Positions 10,450 through 19,551 of a stretch of 64,000 nucleotides of DNA are shown here, piece by piece; positions within the stretch are counted from its first letter, which is position 1; each line of letters starts with the position of its first letter. The DNA is taken from assembly GCA_937928795.1 (NCBI GenBank), contig CALFWB010000040.1, positions 98,496 to 162,495 on the forward strand, written 5' to 3'. The position numbers were made by a program, and so were the translations under genes. The stretch is from an uncultured Anaerolineales bacterium. Lineage in GTDB: Bacteria > Chloroflexota > Anaerolineae > Anaerolineales > UBA4823. Under the pieces are notes generated by a model, which saw nothing but the letters and a program-made list of their open reading frames with translations, was not told where the DNA came from and searched no databases.

Positions 10450-10951
10450 TATTCGGTTTGGCGTGCTGACCGTTTCCGACCGCTCGGCGCGCGGTGAGAG
10501 AGAAGATGCTAGCGGGCCTGCCCTGAGAAGTGCGATCGAAGAGCGGGGTGGAACGGTCGCCTACCAAGCGATTGTGGCAGATGAATCAAGTGTGATTGAA
10601 CAAACTCTATGCGCTTGGTGTGACAGCACAGCAGTTGATGTGATCCTGACGACCGGCGGTACCGGTTGTGCGCCGCGCGACGTCACTCCCGAAGCTACTG
10701 TGGAAGTGATTGAACGGCCGGTGCCGGGCATTGCTGAAGCGATCCGCGCTGCTAGCTTAAAATTTACTCCTCATGCGATGTTGTCGCGCGGCGTAGCGGG
10801 TATTCGCAAGCGTACGCTTATCATTAACCTCCCCGGCAGTCCAAAGGGGGCTGTGCAAGGTTTTGAGGTGGTCTTAGCTGTGATCCCTCACGCTGTTCAG
10901 TTGTTGCGGGAAGATGCGGCGGCTGAAATAGGGCACACTGCTCAAACTTAA
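10430..10951 (+). CDS. mog: Molybdopterin adenylyltransferase, MogA/MoaB family
   Basis: LTVSDRS..G.REDASG, TTGGTGCAPRDVTPEAT, SRGVAGIR and INLPGSPK. Confidence 0.9.
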   Translation: MQKILNDIRFGVLTVSDRSARGEREDASGPALRSAIEERGGTVAYQAIVADESSVIEQTLCAWCDSTAVDVILTTGGTGCAPRDVTPEATVEVIERPVPGIAEAIRAASLKFTPHAMLSRGVAGIRKRTLIINLPGSPKGAVQGFEVVLAVIPHAVQLLREDAAAEIGHTAQT

Positions 10952-10986
10952 GATAAAATCGGAGCAAAGGAAATTATTTTAGAGAC

Positions 10987-11586
10987 ATGGAAGAGTTTCG
11001 CTCAGAAATCGTGCCAGACATTCCACCAGAGGATGAGCAAAACCGGGTTGGAAAGCTAAAACGCACGCTGGTGGATATTCTTGAAACGGTTCTTTTATCG
11101 TTGTTGCTTTATTTTGGCATCAATGCCGTCTCAGCGCGCATTCGCGTTGAGTCGATCAGCATGTTACCGACCTTAGAAGCGGGGAATTACGTGATTGTTA
11201 GCAAATTAGCCTATAAATTCGGCAAACCAGCCCGCGGCGACATCATCATCTTCCGCTATCCGCCCGACCCGCAGCGCGAGCCTTACATCAAGCGCGTGAT
11301 CGGTTTACCCGGCGATGTGGTTCGGGTGAGCGGCGGCAGGGTTTATGTCAATGATCAACCCTTGAACGAGCCCTATATCAGCGCTCCGCCCGATTATGAG
11401 GGCACTTGGACGGTCCCACCAGATTCGTTGTTCGTGTTGGGGGATAACCGTAATCGCTCTTCTGACTCCCACAGTTGGGGCATGGTGCCGCTGGAAAACG
11501 TGATTGGCAAAGCTTGGATCGTTTATTGGCCGCCCCAAGCCTGGAAAGTGTTGAACTACCATACAGCGGTAGCTGCTGGAGATTGA
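10987..11586 (+). CDS. lepB: Signal peptidase I
   Basis: One TM segment, catalytic Ser (SISMLPTL), catalytic Lys (YIKRVIGLPGD), and GDNRNRSSDS. Confidence 0.95.
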   Translation: MEEFRSEIVPDIPPEDEQNRVGKLKRTLVDILETVLLSLLLYFGINAVSARIRVESISMLPTLEAGNYVIVSKLAYKFGKPARGDIIIFRYPPDPQREPYIKRVIGLPGDVVRVSGGRVYVNDQPLNEPYISAPPDYEGTWTVPPDSLFVLGDNRNRSSDSHSWGMVPLENVIGKAWIVYWPPQAWKVLNYHTAVAAGD

Positions 11587-11609
11587 AAATAGCGAGCTAA
11601 AACGCGCCG

Positions 11610-12779
11610 TCAGCTTGCCGCTTTGAGCAATTGACGGGCGATCACGAGGCGTTGGATTTCACTTGTCCCTTCGCCGATGGTCATTAAGCGAGCATCGCGG
11701 TAGAGGCGTTCGACAGGATATTCGCGACTGTAGCCATAACCGCCGTGAATTTGGATAGCGTTGCGACAGACCCGCTCGGCCGTCTCGCTGGCGAAAAGTT
11801 TTGCCATGGCCGCCTCTTTGGTAAATCTTTTCCCTTGATCCTTCAGCCAAGCTGCGTAATAAACCATTAGGCGCGCAGCATGAATTTCGGTAGCGGCATC
11901 TGCTAACATCCATTGGATCGCTTCTTGTTCGGCAATTGGCAATCCAAAGGCTTTGCGTTCTTTGGCGTATCGAAGTGCTTCCTCGAAGGCAGCTTGAGCC
12001 AAACCGACCGAAAGCGCTGCAATCCCAATGCGTCCGCCATCTAACACTTGAAGGGTTTGTCTCAAGCCATCGCCGCTGTTCCCCAGCAGGTATTCTTGGG
12101 GAACACGCACTTGGTTAAGTGAAACGGCATGTGTGGGTGAGCCTTTCAGTCCCATTTTCTTTTCGGGCGGATCGATTTGTAATCCCTCTTGCGCCGTCGG
12201 CACCAAAATGAGGCTAAATTGCTCGGCGTTGATTTCGGATTCATGGCGCACGAGAGTAATAATATATTCAGCAATGCTGGCGTTGGTGCACCACATTTTT
12301 GTCCCGCTGATGACCCACTGATCCCCTTCAAGATGAGCCCGACAGGTGATACCGCGCAGGTCGGAGCCGGCGGCCGGCTCGGTTAGCGCAAGGGCTGCTA
12401 AACCGCTTGAACTGCCGTCGGGTCGCCGACCGCTGGCGACAATCGGCAGGTATTTGCGCTTGAGCTCTTCCTTGCCGAACAGCGCCAAAGGGGCACACCC
12501 TAGCCCGTTATGGGCTGCAATGGAGAGCGCCGTGCTGCCGCATCCCCAACCGAGCTCTTCGATCGCAATCGCTGCGCTGACGGCATCGACGCCGGCGCCC
12601 CCATACTCTTCCGGTACGTTCAATCCCAGGAGTCCAAGGTTGCCCATTTTATGGATGGCTGTCCAGTTCACCTCGCCCTTCTCGTCAACCTCTTTTGCTT
12701 TCGGTTTGACTTCGCGGGCGACAAACTCGTGCACAGCCTCTTTCCACATCCGTTGTTCAAACGTAAGCTCAAAATTCAT
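11610..12779 (-). CDS. Acyl-CoA dehydrogenase
   Basis: ALTEPAAGSD, GTKMWCTN, QIHGGYGY and IGEGTSEIQR. Confidence 0.95.
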   Translation of the reverse strand: MNFELTFEQRMWKEAVHEFVAREVKPKAKEVDEKGEVNWTAIHKMGNLGLLGLNVPEEYGGAGVDAVSAAIAIEELGWGCGSTALSIAAHNGLGCAPLALFGKEELKRKYLPIVASGRRPDGSSSGLAALALTEPAAGSDLRGITCRAHLEGDQWVISGTKMWCTNASIAEYIITLVRHESEINAEQFSLILVPTAQEGLQIDPPEKKMGLKGSPTHAVSLNQVRVPQEYLLGNSGDGLRQTLQVLDGGRIGIAALSVGLAQAAFEEALRYAKERKAFGLPIAEQEAIQWMLADAATEIHAARLMVYYAAWLKDQGKRFTKEAAMAKLFASETAERVCRNAIQIHGGYGYSREYPVERLYRDARLMTIGEGTSEIQRLVIARQLLKAAS

Positions 12780-12864
12780 TCTTTCCCTCCGTTGGTGTAA
12801 ATCTAGGAAATGTTTTTTGTTATCGCCTTCCGTCTCCTGCTGAATAGAGCTCCTTGCCGTGGTT

Positions 12865-13434
12865 CTACGCAGGCGGTATAGCCGAGTGGTTACCCCTCAG
12901 GGTAACCATAACTATACAGTGGAACGATGCCCTCCATAATCTTAAGAAACGTTCTTCCGGCAGCCAATCGATTTCTTTGCCAGGGGATTGGGTATTGGCG
13001 AAGCCGAATCCGCGACTAGGATGATAAGCGATGAGGGTCATCACATGTGCCCACAAAGGTCTCCAAGAGAGGAGAATGGGTAGACAAAGCGTTGGTGTTC
13101 CAAGGTGGTGGAATAGCGCTTCGATGGGTAAGAAAAGCTGCCAACGGGCTGCGAAACCATATTGGCGCAGGACATCCACAATCCCCCACGGGAACGTCGC
13201 CCAGTTGGGAATGCGGCGGATGACAGGTCTTACCCCCCGCCAAACCGGTTGGTTCATTTGCTGAGCGAGTTCAACGGGATCAATGCGCCGATCGGTAAAG
13301 GCATGGATGAGGGTGGCGGCGGTGAAAGGCGCACAATCATTACGGTTGCCTTGATAGAGAAGATGCTGGATGATTTGCCCGGCAAACGGAGAAACGATCT
13401 CAACAGATCCTGCCGCTTCCTCTTTGGCTTTCAT
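12865..13434 (-). CDS. Hypothetical protein, possibly papain-like peptidase (C39-like)
   Basis: Q-x(5)-C motif (QGNRNDCAPF), later AHVMTL and GFANT. Family call is inference. Confidence 0.55.
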   Translation of the reverse strand: MKAKEEAAGSVEIVSPFAGQIIQHLLYQGNRNDCAPFTAATLIHAFTDRRIDPVELAQQMNQPVWRGVRPVIRRIPNWATFPWGIVDVLRQYGFAARWQLFLPIEALFHHLGTPTLCLPILLSWRPLWAHVMTLIAYHPSRGFGFANTQSPGKEIDWLPEERFLRLWRASFHCIVMVTLRGNHSAIPPA

Positions 13435-13611
13435 TAAACTTATTGTACACCATTTGGGGAGGTAACCGCCTCTTATAGTTGGCAGAAAAGATTTTCATAG
13501 TGAGAGTACAGCCTGCCAAAAAATCCGCAGAGGACGCAGATTCCGCCGAAAAATTTGTTTTGGTTCTTCAAGTTCTGAACCATGCTTTTGCTGCGTGGAT
13601 GGCACGGTTCG

Positions 13612-13620
13612 TGCTATACT
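13612..13620 (+). promoter_or_regulatory. Extended -10 promoter candidate (TG-C-TATACT) for the SDR gene
   Basis: TGnTATACT about 75 nt upstream of the SDR start. Confidence 0.45.
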
Positions 13621-13694
13621 TTCGACATCCGAGCGAGATGCTGAAAGTTGATCGGTCTGCTCTGGATGTGGCACCATATTTGAGTTGATGAATC

Positions 13695-14489
13695 GTGAAC
13701 ACAATCCTTGTCACCGGTGCTTCTTCAGGGATTGGCGCAGCCATTGCCAGGTTAGCTGCCCAACAAGGCTATGATCTAGCCGTTACTGCCCGCCGCCTAG
13801 AGCGATTGCAATCGCTGTGTCAGGAGTGTGAACCTTATGGCGTGCGGGTTTTGCCGATTCAAGCCGACCTTGCCCAATGGGAGGGCGTGCAAGCGGTTGC
13901 CCATGCCGCTTTAGCTGCCTTCGGCAGAGTGGATGTTCTGATCAACAACGCCGGGTTTGGACGGCTAAATTGGTTAGAGACTCTGGACGGCGAAGCGGAT
14001 ATCGCGGCTCAAATTCAAGTTAACCTAATTGCTCCAATCCAGCTCACGCGGCAAATTTTGCCGAGCATGATTGCCAATCGTCGCGGTCACATCATCAATA
14101 TCGCTTCGATCGCCAGTTTGATAGCCACACCGACCTATAGTGTTTACGCAGCCAGTAAGTTCGGTTTACATGGCTTTACGGAGGCGTTGAGAAGGGAGGT
14201 AGCCATTTATGGCATCCGCGTTTCGGGGGTATACCCGGGCGGAGTGGAAACGGAATTTGGGGAGAAAGCGGGCATTCAGCGCAAGAGCGGCATCAAAACG
14301 CCCGATTGGATGCGCCTGACAGCCGAACAAGTTGCGAAACACACCCTGCGCCTGATTCAGCATCCCCGTCGGGAAATTGTCATGCCGGGTTACCTGAGGG
14401 TCATTGTGTGGTTAAACCGTTTCGCACCGACGCTGGTCGATTGGGTGATCCAACAATGGTTTGTAGCCCGCGAACGGTCGTTAACCTGA
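13695..14489 (+). CDS. Short-chain dehydrogenase/reductase (SDR)
   Basis: TGASSGIG, NNAG, and catalytic YAASK. Confidence 0.95.
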   Translation: MNTILVTGASSGIGAAIARLAAQQGYDLAVTARRLERLQSLCQECEPYGVRVLPIQADLAQWEGVQAVAHAALAAFGRVDVLINNAGFGRLNWLETLDGEADIAAQIQVNLIAPIQLTRQILPSMIANRRGHIINIASIASLIATPTYSVYAASKFGLHGFTEALRREVAIYGIRVSGVYPGGVETEFGEKAGIQRKSGIKTPDWMRLTAEQVAKHTLRLIQHPRREIVMPGYLRVIVWLNRFAPTLVDWVIQQWFVARERSLT

Positions 14490-14505
14490 GGAAGGTTGGA
14501 GCAGG

Positions 14506-15405
14506 TTAGCGGTCGATTTCGATGTCTTGATAGGAAAGGGGATCGTCAACGGGTTCAAGATGGGTGAAAACCGCTGCGCCGCTCAGCGCGTTGCGGATGT
14601 CGGCTTCTACTTCTTCGGCAAGATGATGGCTACGATGGGTGGACCAACGGCCCGGCACAAGGATGTGGAAGGAGATAAAACGTCGCCCGGCGGCTTGGCG
14701 GGTGCGTAAGGCGTGGAATTGTACCCCCTGAGGGCGGTACTTATCGAAGATGTCTAAGACGGTCTGCTGGTCTTCTAGGCTAAGGGCGGTATCCATTAAG
14801 CCATAGATCGAACGGCTTAGCAGAGAATAAGCCGTGCGGAGGATATTGAGCGCAACCAGTATAGCGATGATTGGATCAAGAAGTTGCCAGCCACTGACGG
14901 CAACGATTCCTACCGCTACAATGACCCCTAAAGAGGTATATACGTCAGTCATCAAGTGGTGAGCATCCGCTTCGAGGCTGATAGAGTTGTATTTTTTGCC
15001 CACTCTCAGCAAAACTCGCGCAACTACAAAATTAATAAGGGAAGCGATGATGGATACGAGGATTCCTAGGGGAACTTGAGCCAGTGGCTGAGGATTGAGG
15101 ATGCGTCCAATTGCAGAGTAAAGGATACCGAATGAAGCGACCAAGATTAAAGCTCCTTCGGTAAAACTGGCAAAATACTCCGCTTTGCTATGCCCATAAT
15201 TGTGTTGTTCATCGGCCGGTCGCGCAGCGATGACCAACATCATCAGCGTGACCACCGCAGCAAAGAGATTGACCAACGACTCAACTGCATCGGAGAGCAG
15301 ACCAATTGACCCGGTCAGCACATAAGCAATTGTCTTAAGGGTAATCGTGCTGAGAGCGGCTGCAATCGACAACCAGGCGTATTTTGTTAAGGATAAGCGG
15401 TCCAC
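14506..15405 (-). CDS. Cation diffusion facilitator (CDF) metal efflux transporter
   Basis: SIGLLSDAVESL, HNYGHSKAEY, HLMTDVYTS and HLEP. Confidence 0.93.
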   Translation of the reverse strand: MDRLSLTKYAWLSIAAALSTITLKTIAYVLTGSIGLLSDAVESLVNLFAAVVTLMMLVIAARPADEQHNYGHSKAEYFASFTEGALILVASFGILYSAIGRILNPQPLAQVPLGILVSIIASLINFVVARVLLRVGKKYNSISLEADAHHLMTDVYTSLGVIVAVGIVAVSGWQLLDPIIAILVALNILRTAYSLLSRSIYGLMDTALSLEDQQTVLDIFDKYRPQGVQFHALRTRQAAGRRFISFHILVPGRWSTHRSHHLAEEVEADIRNALSGAAVFTHLEPVDDPLSYQDIEIDR

Positions 15406-15529
15406 GTCTTACACCTATGTCAGTAGATTGGGCAAAAAACGGCATTAGAGTCCCAGCCGTCACGCGCTTTCTGGAAAATAAGTCTACTCGTTTTTCGTGA
15501 TCTTGTCGAGGAGTCGGGAAATGAGTCTC

Positions 15530-15594
15530 CACGCAAAAGTTGTAGGACAACTCATTGAGTTGTCCTACAAAGCAAGGTTGCCAACAACTTTTGG
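15530..15594. repeat. GTAG-tagged palindromic element (family 1), copy 1
   Basis: Palindrome GTAGGACAACTC-ATT-GAGTTGTCCTAC (15542-15568) with perfect 12-bp arms, inside imperfect AAAAGTTGT/ACAACTTTT ends. Nearly identical to the reverse complement of 23774-23841. Confidence 0.85.
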
Positions 15595-15600
15595 AAATAT

Positions 15601-15719
15601 TAACCCGAGTTTGGGATAAGCTTACCACTTGAACGTGTCACTTCGGGCGCAGTGAAAGTCTTGAGGATTTCTCCTCGCTGCGCTCGTCGAAAATCCGAAC
15701 TCCTCACCCAAACTCATGA
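15601..15719 (-). repeat. TGTCA-type palindromic MITE-like element (family 2), copy A
   Basis: Perfect 9-bp inverted ends GAGTTTGGG (15607) and CCCAAACTC (15707-15715). Internal arms TGTCACTTCG...GCAG and CTCGCTGCGCTCGTCGAAA are shared with copies B, C and D. Confidence 0.85.
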
Positions 15720-15791
15720 GAATGTTAGCCCTCATTTTGGAGCGTCGAGCTTGGCTTAGGGCAAACTGTGTGGTTTTGCCCCATCCCTAAG

Positions 15792-15907
15792 AGGTTGTCC
15801 AAAAAGTCAAAACCACTTTCCCACTTCACCCTTTTGGGGACTAAGCAGCAAAACTGCCGATGATTTTGCTATTTCCTCCCATTAAGGATTAGAATTTTGA
15901 AAAGCCT
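15792..15907. repeat. Possible third small TIR-bounded element
   Basis: Imperfect inverted ends AGGTTGTCCAAAA (15792-15804) and TTTTGAAAAGCCT (15895-15907). A similar single end lies at 57991-58006. Confidence 0.35.
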
Positions 15908-15921
15908 TGAAAGGAACTGAT

Positions 15922-16389
15922 TTATTTCTCTTCGGAGATTTGAAGGGGCTCGCTTTGAAGGTAGCTGATGCCATTGCGCACCTGAGTCAGGGAACGCTCC
16001 AATTCCATCTCTAGGCGGCGCAAGGTTTCTAGCACATAGGCATCGGCTTCCCGCCGCGCGTTTTCTTGTTCAGCTTTTGCTTCGGCAATGATCTGTTCGG
16101 CCCGCGCATGGGCTGCTTGGACAATGGCTTCCCGCTCGACCATTTGGTCGCGTTTCTCTTTGGCAATGGCAAGAGTTCGGTTAGCTTCTTCTTGAGCTTG
16201 GGCTAAGATGCGGTCTTTTTGGGCGAGGAGTTGTTGCGCTTTTTTGACTTCCTCGGGTATTAGAGCGCGCATTTGGTCAATGATCTCGAAGACTCGTTCT
16301 TCATCCACGATAATGTTGTGGGTGAAAGGTAATTGACGGCTTTCGTTTAGCACTTCTTCCAATCGATCGATTAAATGCATGATGTCCAT
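15922..16389 (-). CDS. Conserved coiled-coil protein typically found downstream of coaD (often annotated 'ATPase' or ATP synthase b-like)
   Basis: MDIMHLIDRLEEVLNESRQLPFT..IIVD...IPEEVKKAQQLL pattern, and its position after coaD. Confidence 0.75.
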   Translation of the reverse strand: MDIMHLIDRLEEVLNESRQLPFTHNIIVDEERVFEIIDQMRALIPEEVKKAQQLLAQKDRILAQAQEEANRTLAIAKEKRDQMVEREAIVQAAHARAEQIIAEAKAEQENARREADAYVLETLRRLEMELERSLTQVRNGISYLQSEPLQISEEK

Positions 16390-16496
16390 AAGAGTCTTCC
16401 CTAATTTGACGTGTCGATATCCGCTATCAATAGATTACACGCAAATGGCTATTTCGTCAACATGGATTGCAAGGAATATGCCATGTCTGCAATAAA

Positions 16497-17021
16497 TCAA
16501 TCACGTAAGGAAGTGGTCGGGACAATCTGTTGACCTTCACCCAATTCGCTGAAGCGCCGTCGCAGGGCTTCGGCGACCAACGGTGGCACCATTGTACTGA
16601 CATCGCCACCCAAGGAGGCAACTTCTCTGACGGTGGAAGACGAGAGGAAAGTATGTTCCTCGGCTGTAATAAAAGCCACCACTTCGATTTCTGGCGCCAG
16701 ATGATGGTTCGCCAATGCCATGCGAAACTCATATTCAAAGTCGGAAAAAACCCTTAAACCGCGCACGATCACCTGAGCGTTAATTTTACGGCAAAATTCG
16801 ACCGTTAGACCGCTATAACCCATCACGGTAATTTTGGGATTGCCTGCGAAGGTTGCTTTTGCCATTTGGATGCGCTCTTGAGGTGAAAACAGAAGAGTCT
16901 TCAACGGCCGATCGTAGACAGCGACGACTAACTCATCAAATAGATTAGCGGCTCTCTGAGCAATGTCAATGTGTCCAAAGTGGATGGGATCAAAAGTGCC
17001 GGGAAAAACTGCACGGATCAT
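16497..17021 (-). CDS. coaD: Pantetheine-phosphate adenylyltransferase
   Basis: PGTFDPIHFGHIDI, VRGLRVFSDFEYE and SSSTVREVA. Confidence 0.97.
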   Translation of the reverse strand: MIRAVFPGTFDPIHFGHIDIAQRAANLFDELVVAVYDRPLKTLLFSPQERIQMAKATFAGNPKITVMGYSGLTVEFCRKINAQVIVRGLRVFSDFEYEFRMALANHHLAPEIEVVAFITAEEHTFLSSSTVREVASLGGDVSTMVPPLVAEALRRRFSELGEGQQIVPTTSLRD

Positions 17022-17063
17022 AAAGCCTCATCGAAGTTGGGGGTATGGGATAGGGATCGGAGG

Positions 17064-19523
17064 CTAACTGATGTCACTGATCGCCTCCTGCCAAAAGCGC
17101 TGAATTCGCTCGGCGAGCAGCCGATGTTCGGGCTTTTCTAGAAGCGGGTCTTCGGCAAAGAGTGCTTGGGAATGCTCGCGGGCTTTTTCGATCAGGTGTA
17201 AATTGGTGAAATTGGCAAAGCGCAATTGGGCGAAGCCGGATTGCCGTTTCCCTAAGAAATCGCCGGGTCCGCGTTGTTGCAAATCGTGCTCTGCTAATAC
17301 GAAACCATTTTGAGTTTGAGCCATAACCATTAAGCGCTCATTCTCGGCTTCATCGGCGGTTTCGGGAATCAAAATACAATAGGCTGGATCGTTGCCACGC
17401 CCGACGCGACCGCGAAATTGATGAAGTTGGGCTAAACCGAAGCGGTTTGCCCCTTCGACGACCATGACAGTTGCCTGAGGTACATCAACGCCAACTTCGA
17501 CAACCGAGGTTGAGACTAAGATTTGCACCTCGCCGCGTTGGAATTGTAACATCACCGCTTCTTTTTCATCGCCTTTCAGGCGACCATGCAGTAAACCCAA
17601 GCGATAGTTCGGAAAGACCTCGCGCTGCAAGCGTTCATATTCTTCAACAGCCGAAAGGCTTTGCGTTTTTTCACTTTCTTCCACCAAAGGGTAGATGATA
17701 AAAGCTTGCTTGCCTTGATTGACTTGCGATTCGATCAGGCGATAGACCCGCTCGCGTTCATAGGGTAAAACTACATACGTGCTAATGGCTTGTCTACCCG
17801 GTGGCAATTCATCCAATAGGGTCAGATCCAGATCGCCGTAGATGGTCAACGCCAGCGAGCGCGGGATAGGCGTAGCTGTCATCACCAGCAGGTGGGGATT
17901 TTCCCCTTTGGCGCGCAGCAGAGCACGTTGTTCAACCCCGAAACGATGTTGTTCGTCAACGACAATAAATTGTAGGTCATGAAATTGGACCGCTTCTTCG
18001 ATCAGGGCATGGGTGCCGATCAGGATTTTGATCTGATTGTTTGCCAACTGCTCGAAGATCTCGCGCCGTTCGGAGTCAGGGGTTGCTCCGGTTAATAGAC
18101 GGATTGCGGATCGAGGCAGTTTGACTCCGTCGGTCTTGCCTTCAGATGTGTTTTCAAGCGCAAGAAGTTTTACAAAGGTGCGATAGTGCTGTTCGGCAAG
18201 GATGCTGGTGGGCGCCATAATGGCCGATTGAGCGTTATAATGGGCAATCAAAGCCGCAATGCCAGCGGCTACAACCGTCTTGCCCGATCCTACATCGCCT
18301 TGCAAGAGGCGGTTCATCGGTCTTCCAGAGGCTAAATCGCTAAAGATCTGTTGGAGCGCTTTTTCTTGAGCCTGAGTCAACGAGTAGGGAAGAATGGCTT
18401 TGAATTGGTCTAACCAGCCTGCGGGGGTTTGGAAAGGGCGGCCGGGGCGCTGCTGCCATTGGTATTTTTGATGCAACACGCCCATTTGTAAAAAGAAGAT
18501 TTCATCGAAGGCAAGGCGATAACGAGCTTGCTCCAAACTTTGGTTTGAGTCTGGGAAGTGGGCTTGATAGACTGCTTTGGACAATTCCATCAGTTGGGCA
18601 GATTTCCGAATGGAGAGCGGCAGGTAATCGACCAATTTAGGCGCATAACGATCCACAACCTGCTTTATGGTGCGCCGCAACCAGCGTTGGGTAACGTTCT
18701 CCGCTAGACGATAAACGGGCACGATGCGCCCGCTGTGCAACAGTTCTTTATCCAGGGGTTCAATTTCGGGATTGACGAAGACCAAGCGGCCTAGATATTG
18801 GTCGAGCTGGCCTGCAACGGCATAGGGTTCACCGATCTTAAGTTTTTGGGCTTGCCAAGGCTGGTTGAAAATAGTGATCCGAATTGCCCCTGTGCCATCG
18901 CTGAGAATAGCTTCCACAATCGATCGCTTCGAGGCGGACTTTCGTTCCGTAACGGACTGGATGACGCCGATAACGGTTACTTCTTCGCCGTACATCAAGC
19001 TGTGAATGGGCTTTAGGCTCGAATAATCATCGTAGCGGCGCGGAAAGTAATATAGCAAATCTTCTAAGGTGTGTAACCCCAATTTCGCCAAAACAGTGGC
19101 GTATTTCTGACCGACGCCCGGTAAGACCTTGATTGGGGATTGTAAAGCTTGGAGATCAAGTGGACCTTCAGGGCTAGCGGTTGGTTCTTTTGGGGGTATG
19201 GGTTGAGCCTTTGGTTGTGGGGTTGGTTTAGCCGCCGCTACGGGAGTGGATTGGGGGAGAGGTGGAATATCGTTGTATTGCTCCTGTAAGTGTTGCCAAA
19301 GTTGGTTGAGCGTTTGTTCCCGTTCTTGTATCGAGAATTGGGGGTAGAGCTGAAGGGAATGTTGGATTTCTTGGATGATGTTCTCGGCGATTTGATCCTG
19401 ATGAGCTTCGTCGGTCCATCGTTCTAAAATGCGATCGAGTCCCCCGATCACTGCTCGGTTGAAAAACTGATTTTCGACTTCGATGCGAAAGATGTTATAA
19501 AGTTTTTGGATGGAAGGCTTCAT
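17064..19523 (-). CDS. recG: ATP-dependent DNA helicase RecG with an N-terminal extension
   Basis: QGDVGSGKT, DEQHRFG, TATPIPR, QFRGRVGRG and DLQQRGPGD. Start reassigned to ATG 19523. Confidence 0.97.
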   Translation of the reverse strand: MKPSIQKLYNIFRIEVENQFFNRAVIGGLDRILERWTDEAHQDQIAENIIQEIQHSLQLYPQFSIQEREQTLNQLWQHLQEQYNDIPPLPQSTPVAAAKPTPQPKAQPIPPKEPTASPEGPLDLQALQSPIKVLPGVGQKYATVLAKLGLHTLEDLLYYFPRRYDDYSSLKPIHSLMYGEEVTVIGVIQSVTERKSASKRSIVEAILSDGTGAIRITIFNQPWQAQKLKIGEPYAVAGQLDQYLGRLVFVNPEIEPLDKELLHSGRIVPVYRLAENVTQRWLRRTIKQVVDRYAPKLVDYLPLSIRKSAQLMELSKAVYQAHFPDSNQSLEQARYRLAFDEIFFLQMGVLHQKYQWQQRPGRPFQTPAGWLDQFKAILPYSLTQAQEKALQQIFSDLASGRPMNRLLQGDVGSGKTVVAAGIAALIAHYNAQSAIMAPTSILAEQHYRTFVKLLALENTSEGKTDGVKLPRSAIRLLTGATPDSERREIFEQLANNQIKILIGTHALIEEAVQFHDLQFIVVDEQHRFGVEQRALLRAKGENPHLLVMTATPIPRSLALTIYGDLDLTLLDELPPGRQAISTYVVLPYERERVYRLIESQVNQGKQAFIIYPLVEESEKTQSLSAVEEYERLQREVFPNYRLGLLHGRLKGDEKEAVMLQFQRGEVQILVSTSVVEVGVDVPQATVMVVEGANRFGLAQLHQFRGRVGRGNDPAYCILIPETADEAENERLMVMAQTQNGFVLAEHDLQQRGPGDFLGKRQSGFAQLRFANFTNLHLIEKAREHSQALFAEDPLLEKPEHRLLAERIQRFWQEAISDIS

Positions 19524-19551
19524 TGTGATTATTTTACCAGCCAAATCTTGC

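Noticed and set aside
15406-15530. Metal riboswitch (NiCo or yybP-ykoY) upstream of the CDF gene
   Set aside because: GAGUAG and a weak ACGGC/GCCGU + U-run hairpin are present on the minus strand, but the NiCo (GAGCAGGC, GCAACA, GUGGGACAG) and yybP (CGUCAAU loop, GAGACC) cores are missing. An Rfam scan would settle it.
15758-15782. c-di-GMP-I riboswitch suggested by GGGCAAAC
   Set aside because: It closes as a simple GGGCAAA/TTTGCCC hairpin, with no GNRA tetraloop/receptor pair and no second GCAAA/GCCUCC stem.
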